Positions 53,462-64,000 of a DNA stretch of 64,000 bases are shown piece after piece (positions within the stretch are counted from its first letter, which is position 1; each line of letters opens with the position of its first letter). The stretch comes from Octopus vulgaris. Lineage: Eukaryota. The translations under genes and the position numbers were made by a program. The notes under the pieces were generated by a model, which did not search any database, was not told the DNA's origin, and saw nothing but the letters and a program-made list of their open reading frames with translations. The DNA lies in the NCBI GenBank assembly GCA_951406725.2, contig OX597818.1:61814001-61878000 (forward strand). Direction: 5' to 3'.

Positions 53462-53738
53462 GTGCTGGTGTCACGTATAAAGCACCCATGCTGGAGCCAT
53501 ATATAAAGCACCTGTGTTCGTGCAACATATAAGGTACCCATTCTGGGGCCACATATAAAATGTTCGTGCTGGTGTCACATATGAACCACCTGTACAGGTG
53601 CCACATAAAGCGCTTGTGCTGGTATAACATATAAAGCACCTATGCAGGTGTCACATAGAAAGTGCCCATGCAGGTGTCACATATGAACCACCTGTACAGG
53701 TGCCACATGTAAAATGCACCCATGTTGGTGCCACATGA
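53462..53738. repeat. ~25-bp minisatellite, about 11 degenerate units
   Basis: Unit approximately gcWggtgYcacatataaagcaccYRt; a decayed family B 3' end follows at ~53885-54066. Confidence 0.85.
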
Positions 53739-54716
53739 AATTTAGATGTCCACAGTGGAATTTTGGGGGGTTGTTAAAATAAAGACGATCCAAAATACTG
53801 ACATCACTGCCATCAATTTGTCCCCTCCCCCCAAATTTGCTGGCCTTGTGCTAAAATTAGAAGATTACCCAGAGATCTGCCTAGTGGCACAGGAAAAGAA
53901 GAAGCATCCAGTTTATTCTGTTAAGTGGTTGGCATTAGGAAGGGCATCCAGCTGTAGAAACCATGCCGAGGCAGAAATTAGAGCTCATTGCGGCGTTGAG
54001 ATTTGCTGGATGCTATCAAACTGTCCAACCCATGCCAGCATAGAAAACAGACATTAAATGATGATAAGTTTTGTTTTTTTTCTGAGTTGTAAGAGAAATA
54101 TAGCTGCATCATGATGGAATCATAAATCCATTTAACTACACACACACACACACTGTGAAATTCACTTCCATTTTAATATTTTCATAATGGTTTATATTAT
54201 GGAGCATCAAAGTCGTTCATTATATATTTATGACCTGGTCACTGAAACTCCGTTCCACTGAATCTATTTGTCAATAAATCCCAGAAATGAGAGCTTTTAC
54301 TTCGTAAAAAAAAAAAAAAAAAAAACCCAGAAATAACAACAACACTTTTAGCCTAAAATATTTTCAAATTCTTTGAGTACATCTTTCCAGAGAGACAGAG
54401 AGAAAGAGAGAGAAATGTCTGGTTTTTCATATTTCCTTATATGCAAAAGATACATGTGAATATATGCATGTGTGAATGTGTACGTGTGTGTGTGTGTGTG
54501 TGTACACAAATGTCTCTTGTTTATTTGTTTTTGTTAGCCAGAATGGTAAAACATTATCCATTGCTAAATTTAGCAGAACATGCCATCAGACATGAAAAGC
54601 ATGATAATGCTTGTATTTATAGCTTTGCTTTTTATTTTTGCTTGAAAGTATATTTTACTACATAATTTATAAACATGTAAGTCCTCAGATGATACATACA
54701 CAGACATATCCATATA

Positions 54717-54758
<42 letters not shown>

Positions 54759-56240
54759 ACGTACATATAGTGTATTAGTACATATATGCCTATAACAAAT
54801 AGTGATTTAGAAAACCAGATTACTTCCTGTTAATAGAAAAATGAAACAAGATATGCTGTTAGAACGAAGCCCTCTGTTCTGCTACCTTGCTTTCATGTGC
54901 AACACAGTAAAACATTATTACTAATGCTATTGCATTGCCGAACCTAAAAATTTGGCTGACTGCTAGATCTACCCCTTTCACCAAACCAGCATAGCTTATA
55001 ACAAGAGTACAAAGTTTGCACATATTAAAAATACCTTCTTATATAACCTACTCTGGCTTCAAGAAGACTATTATAAAAAAAAAAAAAAAAGACCGTTTCT
55101 TGTATGATATTTTTTAATAGGTGTTTCAACAACTGGTATTGTAAATGCCTGATATTGAATGCTGAAGTTAAAGAAATATTAAAATTTATTTCTATTGAAA
55201 TTGGTGACTGATTTGGTCGGGGTGATGTTGGCGGTAGCTTTATATGGGAAATAAAAGCAAGAACAATCTTTGAACAAATTATTTCTGAAGACTAAATAAT
55301 AAAAATGAAATAAAAGAAAAATCGAATAATATAGAACTAAAGTCAAAGAAGCCGTCACAAAAGTTTCATCTTTTACTCATAAAAGCTCTGTGAAAATGCC
55401 ATAGAAAACAGATTATGAGAGAATACAGGATCTGGACAAAAATTACAAAATTGGTGGCGATATAAGAAGACACAACAATATGAATTATGAGAGATAAAAA
55501 CATTTTTAAGCGAACATTAAAACATGATTTTATAAAACAATATTTATAAAAGCTAACAAAGAACAAACCCAAACAGGAACCATATTCCTTCTAAGCTGAT
55601 TTCTAAATATGCAGTTTAATAAACATCTCAAAACTAAAAAAAAAAAAAATGTTAAAAAGAGCAAAAATATTTTTAAAAGTCAAAAATAAAAAAAAAAACG
55701 AAAAAAACATCAAATAGCTATTTTAATGAACAGAACCATTTTCTCTATTCAATCGTTTCTTGCATTTGTAAGGAAGGAAACAGGAAAATAATTCTTCATT
55801 TGTGTATTAGTTTTTTTTTTCTTCTTTTTAATCTAAAAATTATTTTTTCTACAAAAAATTTTTAAATGCAGTCACTTTTATTAGCAAACAGAAATATCAA
55901 CAGTAATTAAAATAGGTCTATACAACACAGCAAGAAGCAAACTATAAAAGTTTTGCCAGAAGAAAAAAAGAATTAAATCAATCCCGATTAATTACTTCCA
56001 CAGACAATTTAGCAGGTCATAAATAAAGAGATCGCAAAAGAAAACAATGAAATTCCAGTTTCACTTTCATCTACTTTCATTCTCTTAACATTCTGAAATA
56101 TAAGAATATACCAGCATCTTTGATATCGCTATCAACCAACAAGCTGACAAGTCGATGAGGTTAGTTCGATGTCACTCCTCAAGCTGCTGAAAACACCAGC
56201 TAAATCTCCCTTAAATCTCTACGGTCTAAAAGAAAAGACC

Positions 56241-56479
56241 TATTTCTTTACTACCCACAAGGGGCTAAACACAGAGAGGGGACAAACAAGGACAGACAAA
56301 CGGATTAAGTCATCGATTATATTGACCACAGTGCATAACTGGTACTTATTTAATTGGCCCCGAAAGGATGAAAGGCAAAATCGACCTCGGCAGAATTTGA
56401 ACTCAGAACGTAGCGGCAGACGAAATACCGCTTAGCATTTCACCTGGCATGCTAACAATTCTGCCAGCTCGCCGCCTGC
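56241..56479 (-). mobile_element. SINE family M, full length, with 15-bp TSD
   Basis: ctaaaagaaaagacc at 56226-40 and 56480-94. Confidence 0.92.
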
Positions 56480-57884
56480 CTAAAAGAAAAGACCGTTTAA
56501 TAAAGTAGTCCAAGATGAAGGGCCATCATAACAGCATTATAGACCAGTTCCTTCCACCAAGCAAAGCCATGTACTGAGGCCCTGGGCCCTTAGACCTTAG
56601 TCAACCACTCAGTGTGTAGCCCATGTCCTAGATGGAACTATTTAGATGTCTGGAGGAAAAGATGTGATTAATTACAGGTAGAATTCTTTTGATCATAGGT
56701 CTGCACATCAAGACTTGTCCTAGGGTTAAACATTACTTCTTTGTATAGATCAAATGATTAAAAGACTAAATTCTAGCAGTACACAAGTCAATAAAGAGAC
56801 CCACTGTGTAGTTTCATGACCTGTTAGATATAACAGCTAGATTTCTCTCAGACTACATCCTATTGTCTTTAATAAAAGGACACATAATGGTCACATTAGA
56901 TAGTATAGTCCGAGATACACTAATTTCATGGTGGAACCATTTGTTATACTCTAAATGCAACGTTAAGATTAATTATTTTATTTAATCCTCCCAACCCTTG
57001 ATTATATTAAATAACTTTAACAAAAACAGTTTATTTCATGTGAACAGTTGGAAAAGGATGTAAAAAAGGGAAATAAAAAAGAGTGACCCCCATCCCAGTG
57101 TAACACAAACTTAACCCTTTTGTTACCAACCCGGCAGAAACCAGCTCTAGCTCTGTAGTACAAATGTCTTGTTTACATAAGTTTCTTGGTCATAACCTCA
57201 AGTCTACTACAGGTGCCTTGTTGCTGTGGCTTTGACTGAGGACCCTCATTCTAAACTATCTCACATTATCTCTGTTCACTCAGACATCTAGAAAGATGCT
57301 AGGATTATCCAAAAACCTGGCCTGTGTCAGATCCTTTCCATACCCTTTCAAGATGGAGATTAATCTCTTACCTGTTTTATGTTAATCAACTGGAATTAAG
57401 AATTAACCCTTAGAGATCCTTGGGGGCTAAAGAACCTTTCATATGCACATCCTTTAGGCCTCAATGCTACCATAAAATGCATACCAATATAAACAGAAAG
57501 GTATTAGTTGCTGGCTACAGAAATTTTATTCCCGACTTTTCTACATTCTCTCTTGCGTACCAAGTTATTTATCTTGCTTAGAAGCTTTATTTGAAATCAA
57601 TTGTGCATATGCAAGTGCACTCTGTGTGTGTGTGTTATTTTCTTTATATTTACTCTTTACTCTCTCTTTTACATGTTTCAGTCATTTGACTGTGGCCATT
57701 CTGGAGCACCGGCTTTAGTCGAGCAAATCGACCCCAGGTATTATTATTTGTAAGCCTAGTACTTATTCTATCGGTTTCTTTTGCTGAACCGCTAAGTTAC
57801 GGGGGAAGTAAACACACCAGCATCGGTTGTCAAGCGATGTTGGGGGTACAACCACAGACACACAAAACATATGCACACGCACAT

Positions 57885-58263
57885 AATGCATGGGGCAAGC
57901 GAAATCGAAATCGAATTGAACCAGCCAGGATCCCTGGTCTGGTGGTATGTAAAAAGCACCATCCGACTCGTGGCCGATGCCAGCACCGCCTCGACTGGCT
58001 TCCGTGCCGGTGGCACATAAAATACACCAATCCGACCGTGGCCGTTGCCAGCCTCGCCTGGCACCTGTGCAGGTGGCACGTAAAAGGCACCCACTACACT
58101 CACGGAGTGGTTGGCGTTAGGAAGGGCATCCATCTGTAGAAACATTGCCAGATAAGACTGGAGCCTGGTGCAGCCTTCTGGCTTCCCAGATCCCCGGTTG
58201 AACCATCCAACCCATGCTAGCATGGAGAACGGATGTTAAACGATGATGATGATGATGATGATG
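57885..58263 (+). mobile_element. Family B copy
   Basis: Internal ggcacRtaaaa repeats, core gttggcgttaggaagggcatcc, (GAT)n tail. Confidence 0.9.
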
Positions 58264-58284
58264 ATATATATATATATATATATA

Positions 58285-58485
58285 GAATCGCTAGCTTCTG
58301 CACGCATTTTTTTTCTCTCCTTGTTTCCCTCCGTGTTTCTTTTCTGTGTATCTTTCTGTTGAAGAGCGTAGGCTCGAAACGTAAAAGACTTGTTTTATTT
58401 ATATTCCTGAGCGCCATACTAATACAATTGTTTGTTTGTACTCCACCTGCCTTCGTCTTTTGTTTATTTTCATAAAGCTTCCCGT
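58285..58485 (+). mobile_element. ~200-bp (TA)n-embedded element carrying a hammerhead-like fold (Penelope-like terminal repeat)
   Basis: Homologous to 60278-60465 (minus) and a fragment at 35559-35640; (TA)n on both sides. Confidence 0.7.
58351..58388 (+). ncRNA. Minimal hammerhead-like motif with variant core CUGUUGA
   Basis: UCUUU-CUGUUGA-A-GAGC(GUAG)GCUC-GAAA-CG-UA-AAAGA; stems I and II pair perfectly. Confidence 0.55.
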
Positions 58486-58520
<35 letters not shown>

Positions 58521-59229
58521 ATATATACACGACAGGCTTCTTTCAGTTTCCATCTACCAAATCCACTCACAAGGCTATGGTCGGCCTGAGGCTATAGCAG
58601 AAGACACTTGCCCAAGGTGCCATGCAGTGGGACTGAACCCGGAACCATGTGGTTGGTAAGCAAGCTACTTACCACACAGCCACTCCTGCACCTATTTGTT
58701 AAATTATTTCATATAATTCATAAAATACTGCATTCATGTGCCACAAAATGTGAACACTGACATTACGAGTAGCAAAGCTCAAGAAGAAGGGAAAAAGAAA
58801 ACAAAAACATTTTAAAATAATTTTTTTTTTCTTTTTCCCCAAAGAAAAGTCCTCCTGCCAGATATGTCAAATCTCACCTCTTTGAAATACAAATTTTTCC
58901 TTTGTTCTGCTATATTCCATTTATTCTATCAGCATTGCAACAATTTTCTACCTGTGTTCATGTAATCATTCGTTAATCACATGCTAATATGTCAATATGA
59001 TATAATTATATTACAAGCTTATAACCGGCTTTGAACGGCAGCAGATGTCAAAGAGTGACAGAAAATGCAGTGTTTAGTCTCTAATTTGCGTCCTCTTGCA
59101 TAATTGCTAAAACTGAATCAGGGGGAAAGGAAAAAGCTTCCATACTTTTCCGAGGAAGACATCTCGTGTGAGATGGCTGAGAATTCGAAGTTGGTTGGAG
59201 TGTGTGTGAAATGAGTGTCATGTGAGTCT

Positions 59230-59730
59230 GTGGGGGGGGGGGGAGAAAAAAGGAGAGAGAGGGAGGGAGGAGGAAGAGATGAGGGAGAGAGAGGAGAGAG
59301 AGAAATAGAAAAATAGAGGGAGAGATAGAAAGAGTGAAAGAAAGAAAGAAAAAGAGAAAGAGAGAGAGGAGAGGAAAAAGATAGGGAGAGAAAGAAAGAA
59401 AAATAGAGGGAGAGAAAAAAGAGAGAGAGGAGGGAGAGAGGAATAGAGAGGCAAGAGAAGGAAAAGAAAGGGAGAGGGGAGATATGATAAGACTAAGAGA
59501 GAAAGAAAGAAAGAGAGAGACAGGGAGAGAAATTAGAAGAGAGATAGAGAGAGACAGGGAGAGAAATTAGAAGAGAGAGAGAGAGAGACAGCGAGAGAAA
59601 TAGAAAGAGAGAGAAAGGAAGAGGAAGGGAAATACAGAGAGAGAGAGAGAGACTCAGAAAGAGAAATAGGAAGACAGAGAGGAAAAGAGAAGGAGTTGGA
59701 AGTGTAGAGTCAGACAGACAAGCAGACAGA
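59230..59730. repeat. Polypurine (GA-rich) low-complexity tract
   Basis: About 500 bp, nearly all A/G on the plus strand. Confidence 0.9.
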
Positions 59731-60016
59731 GGAAAGTTACTCAATGGAATGCCTGGTGTGTGTGGGTGTCTGTGTGACACGACCTTTGTGACCCTCATTT
59801 CATCATCTCTACAAAAAGCTAAATATACTTATCAACAAAATCATTCTCCCTCTGTAAATGCACATCCGAACTAGGTTAGATTCCTGCTTCTCTAGAAATA
59901 ACATCTTTACTATTGCAGAGTGGAAGGTGTTTAGAAGCCGTTTAAGAAACACACACAAAAACCGTTCCATTCACTTCAACATTTAAACATAATTTGTATC
60001 AAAAAATTTTTGCTGT

Positions 60017-60091
60017 TTTGAAACTGTGACCTGTTCATTGACAAAATTCCATGCTACATCCTTTTGTCAGTGAACAGGTCACAGTTTCAAA
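60017..60091. other. 30-bp inverted repeat hairpin with a 15-nt loop
   Basis: 60017-46 and 60062-91 are complementary at 29/30 positions; the remaining pair is U-G on a plus-strand RNA. Confidence 0.9.
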
Positions 60092-60234
60092 CATATACAC
60101 ACACACATACATACATACATATACATACATATATATATATATAAAGTTAATCCAAACATGAAAACACAAAGAGAAAACACAACAACGCGAGGACGTGGAA
60201 CAAATATAGTATTATTGGATGCTCAGGAAGGAAG

Positions 60235-60277
<43 letters not shown>

Positions 60278-60281
<4 letters not shown>

Positions 60282-60463
60282 GAATTAACAAAAAACAAAA
60301 GACGAAGAAGGGTGCGTAAACAACGAGCAGGTGTATTAGTTTAACGCTCGGGAAATGAGAAAGTCTTTTACGTTTCGAGCCTATGCTCTTCAACAGAGAG
60401 GAACACAGAAATAAGCAAGGAGAGAAAATAGAAAATGGTTTAGTGGTTAGCGATCTATCCCGG

Positions 60464-60465
<2 letters not shown>
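60278..60465 (-). mobile_element. Second copy of the (TA)n-embedded hammerhead-like element
   Basis: Minus strand ctgttga-a-gagc(atag)gctc-gaaa-cg-ta-aaaga at 60364-60401; (TA)n on both sides. Confidence 0.7.
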
Positions 60466-60498
<33 letters not shown>

Positions 60499-60867
60499 CA
60501 GGCTTCTTTCAGTTTCTGTCTACCAAATCTCACAAGGCATTGGTTGGCCCAAGGCTATAGTAGAAGACATTTGCTCAAGGTGCCGTGAAGTGGGACTGAA
60601 CCTGGAACCATGTTGTTGGGAAGACAACTTCTGAATGCCACAGCTAAGCAAACTGAATAAACACACGATAGTCTGTAGAGGCAAAATAAAAACATGAAAG
60701 TTCAAAGAATGGAATAAATTTCATGTGAAGAGAAACAAACGAAGTGTGTGGTCTACTGCTAGACATTTTGGACTTCAAACTGAGAGTGAACTTTACAATA
60801 CACACACACATATTTATATATATATATGTATATATATCATCATCGTCATTTAGCGTCCGTTTTCCAT

Positions 60868-60903
<36 letters not shown>

Positions 60904-60967
60904 TTACTGGGAAATGGATGCATGGCGTTCAGTTAAATAATAGTAATAAATAATATGTATGTTCTTA

Positions 60968-61175
60968 TATTTGTTTCAGTCATTTTGACTGTGGCCATGC
61001 TGGAGCACCGCCTTTAGTCGAGCAAATCGACCCCCAAGACTTATTCTTTGTAAGCCTGGTACTTATTCTATCGGCCTCTTTTGCTGAACCACTAAGTTAT
61101 GGGGAAGTAAACACACCAGCATTGGTTGTCGAGCGATGTTGGGGGGACAAACACAGGCACACAACCATATACATA

Positions 61176-61217
<42 letters not shown>

Positions 61218-61323
61218 CACACATGATGGGCTTCCTTCAGTTTCCATCATGCCACACAGTCGGACTAAACCCAGAACCATGTGGTTGGTAAGCAAGCTAC
61301 TTACCACACAGTTACTTCTATGC
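60968..61323 (-). mobile_element. SINE family A, internally deleted
   Basis: Reverse complement of the 44091-44490 segments. Confidence 0.85.
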
Positions 61324-61340
61324 CTATATATATATATATA

Positions 61341-61500
61341 TTAATAGTAATAGTAAGACAACAAAAGAATGAATGAGACCTCGATATTATGTAAATAGAG
61401 GAATTTATCTGTAAATGTAATATGTGACAATTATTCGGTAGCCATAATAAAACTCCGAGTTTCGGATATTGGGATGGAAATCTGCTTCGGCATCTCATCA
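61341..61500 (-). mobile_element. Further short element type with a decayed hammerhead-like core
   Basis: Minus strand (a)UGAUGA-GAUGCCG...CAAUAUC-C-GAAA-CUC-G-GAG-UU; starts at (TA)n and is cut by the adjacent MITE. Confidence 0.4.
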
Positions 61501-61705
61501 TTGGCCAAAAATCTCCCAACAGTAAATCAAAATTCCATAAACGCTATCTGTAATTCTGTATTGACTCGCATGGAAAGAATGTGTTGCTCAGGAAATGTGT
61601 TGTTCCTATTTAGATGCTTTTATTAAATTCATTAAGTTGTTAAACATGAAGAAATCTTAGAAACAAATGGTTTTGATTTAGTCAGGTGATCTTTGGCCAA
61701 CCCTG
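61501..61705. mobile_element. Tc1/mariner-type MITE, left TIR truncated
   Basis: ttggccaaaaatctcccaacagtaaatc ... gatttagtcaggtgatctttggccaaccctg|TA; same family as 52184-52737, opposite orientation. Confidence 0.75.
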
Positions 61706-62863
61706 TATATACATCCCATAAAATGTCAGGAGCTATAAGGTCATCATCATCATCACCATCATTGTTTAACGTCCACTTTCCATGTTGGCATGGGTTGGAC
61801 GGTTTGACTGAGGACTGGTGAGCCAGATGGCTGCACCAGGCTCCAGCCTAATCCGGTGTATATATTTATTTAACCATTGTCATCCTTGAGATTATGGTCA
61901 TTTATGTTCCAGGTTCTAATCTTGTCAAGGCTAACTTTGCATTTTATCCTTTTGGGGTTGATAAGATAGGGTACCAGTTAAATACTGAGGTCAACAATTT
62001 CAATTAATTCAGGCCTTATGCCTCTCCTAGAAGCTATTTTGTAATGTATCGTGATCATAAGTCCATACCTTCAACCTGCTTTTGGTTCCACATTGGAACA
62101 ATTTCAATTAATTTCTCATTTCTTATCTTTTATAAATCTGAAACTTGATTATATTTTATAAAGAAAATCATTTTGCTTCCTTGCAATATATTTATTGGCA
62201 AAATAACCACTGATGTCTCAACTCATTCCCTGGCAATTTAATTTTCTACCTGTAAGAAATAACATCATTTGACAAAAATCAGCGAAGGAGCTTCTCTTCT
62301 TGACCTTTAGAAATGGGTGCCAAACCTCTCTCAAATCACACCTTATTGTCTTAAAAAATGATAAAAAGAATAAAGAAAACCACAGACAATACAGGCTGTG
62401 TGAATGTGTGAATGTCTGTGTTAGTTTGTGTGTGTGTATGTATGTAAATATATATTCATATATATATATGTGTGTGTGTGTGCATATGTATGTATGTGAA
62501 CATGTGTGTGTGTGTGTGTGTGAATATATATATATATGTATATATATATTTGCGTATGAGTATATGTGTGTATGTGTGTATATGTACATATGTGAATATA
62601 TAGCTGCGTGTGTGTGCATGTGTGTGTAGGTGAATATATATAAGTGTGTGTGTGTGTGTAAATATATATATATATATGTGTGTGTATGTAAATATATATA
62701 TTTTTATGTGTAGGTTGTATATGGGAGTGAGATGTATGGGGACAGGAGAGGTCTGGGTAATAACACATCTGAACATAGATTTGTTTAATCAGACTTGACC
62801 TGGGGCTTAATAACAACCATAATAATAATAACAATAATAATAATAATGATAACAATAATAATG

Positions 62864-62909
<46 letters not shown>

Positions 62910-63467
62910 TAATAATAATAATAGCAACAAATATATTACAGAAACCTCCGTCCTGTGCCAACAATATAGTGAAGGAGTTACGAGTGATTTAGTAAATATG
63001 TTTTAATAATAATCTTAGAGGAGCGAAGAGGCAGAAGATTAACCAGGGATAAGGAAATGTCCTTCGCACTTTTATCGGTGGCTTGAGGTGAGAAGAAGAA
63101 AATAATTTGGCCAAACGACAAGAGATGGCTATCACAATTCATTTTAGTGCTATATTTGGAAGAAGAAGAAGAAGAAAAAAAATGATGAAGTAAAAGAAAA
63201 TTCTATTTAACAATGGCTTTTTTCCATTTGTTTTTCCTGTTTAAATGGTTTATTTATCAAATCTTGAGCCTAGCGGAGGTCAGCATCTAATTGAAAATAA
63301 AATTTAAAAAATATATATACTAAATAAAGGTAATGCTTATTATTGCTGGTTTTATTGCTGATGTTGCTGTTGTTGTTGTTATTGTTTTTGCCCTTCAACA
63401 CACACTCCTCCCACTCTATGCCCATTGAAAAAAAGAAACAAAAAAAGAAACAAAAAACAAACAAAAT

Positions 63468-64000
63468 AGGCGCAGGAGTGGCTGTGTGGTAAGTAGCATT
63501 GCTGGTGTGTTTATGTCCCCGTTACTTAGCGGTTCGGCAAAAGAGACCGATAGAATAAGTACTGCGCTTACAAAAGAATAAGTCCCGGGGTCGAGTTGTT
63601 CGATTAAAAAAGGCAGTGCTCCAGCACGGCCGCAGTCAAATGACTGAAACAAGTAAAGGAGTAAAAGAGAGTAAAGAGTAAAATAAAGACTTGTGCAAGT
63701 TATCGGTACAAGCATGGCTGTGTGGTTGAGAAGCTTGCTTTGTGACTGTGTGGTTCTGGGTTCAGTCCCACTGCATGGCATCTTGGGCCAGTGTCTTCTA
63801 CTAGAAAGTCCCAGGTTGACCAATGCCTTGGGAGTGAATCTGGTCAATGCAAACTGTGTGGAAGCTCACTGTGTGTGTGTGTGTGTATGCACACACACAC
63901 ATATAGGGGGGGGGTGATGTGTGTGTGTTTTACCTCATCTGCCATATCACTACTTGATAACCAATATTGGTTTGTTTATGTCCATGTAACTTAGCAGTTT
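63468..64000 (+). mobile_element. Two adjacent family A SINEs (63468-63680 internally deleted; 63706 to window end, older)
   Basis: ggcgcaggagtggctgtgtggtaagtagc joined directly to the 3' half; second copy has A/B boxes and runs off the window. Confidence 0.85.

Larger units (their letters stand above)
57651..58693 (-). mobile_element. SINE family A split at its central microsatellite by two nested inserts
   Basis: 3' half ~57651-57865, 5' half 58529-58693; inserts at 57885-58263 and 58285-58485. Confidence 0.85.

Overview
AT-rich, microsatellite-saturated, essentially non-coding animal DNA (intronic or intergenic). The repeat families suggest an Octopus genome; that is inference from recognisable repeat types, not a database result. 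No intact protein-coding gene is supported, and nearly all listed ORFs are translations of microsatellites or repeats. Content: (i) several tRNA-headed SINE families (CORE-like 'A', Meta-domain-like 'M', modular 'D'); (ii) a (GAT)n-tailed RTE-type 3'-end family 'B'; (iii) decayed RTE and CR1/L2-group LINE 3' ends; (iv) TTAA-flanked piggyBac-type MITEs, including a recurring dimer; (v) TA-flanked Tc1/mariner-type MITEs and a Helentron/HINE-like element; (vi) a possible decayed RRM + C2H2 pseudogene. The most notable signal is a set of short elements carrying minimal type-I hammerhead-ribozyme-like folds. One is a palindromic head-to-head element joining a tRNA-like Pol III head, an (AAT)n spacer and a hammerhead tail (24375-24922). 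Also notable: 75-bp and ~125-bp target-site-like duplications, a near-identical inverted duplication ~6 kb apart, and a 30-bp hairpin. Family names are assigned from remembered motifs and element boundaries are approximate.
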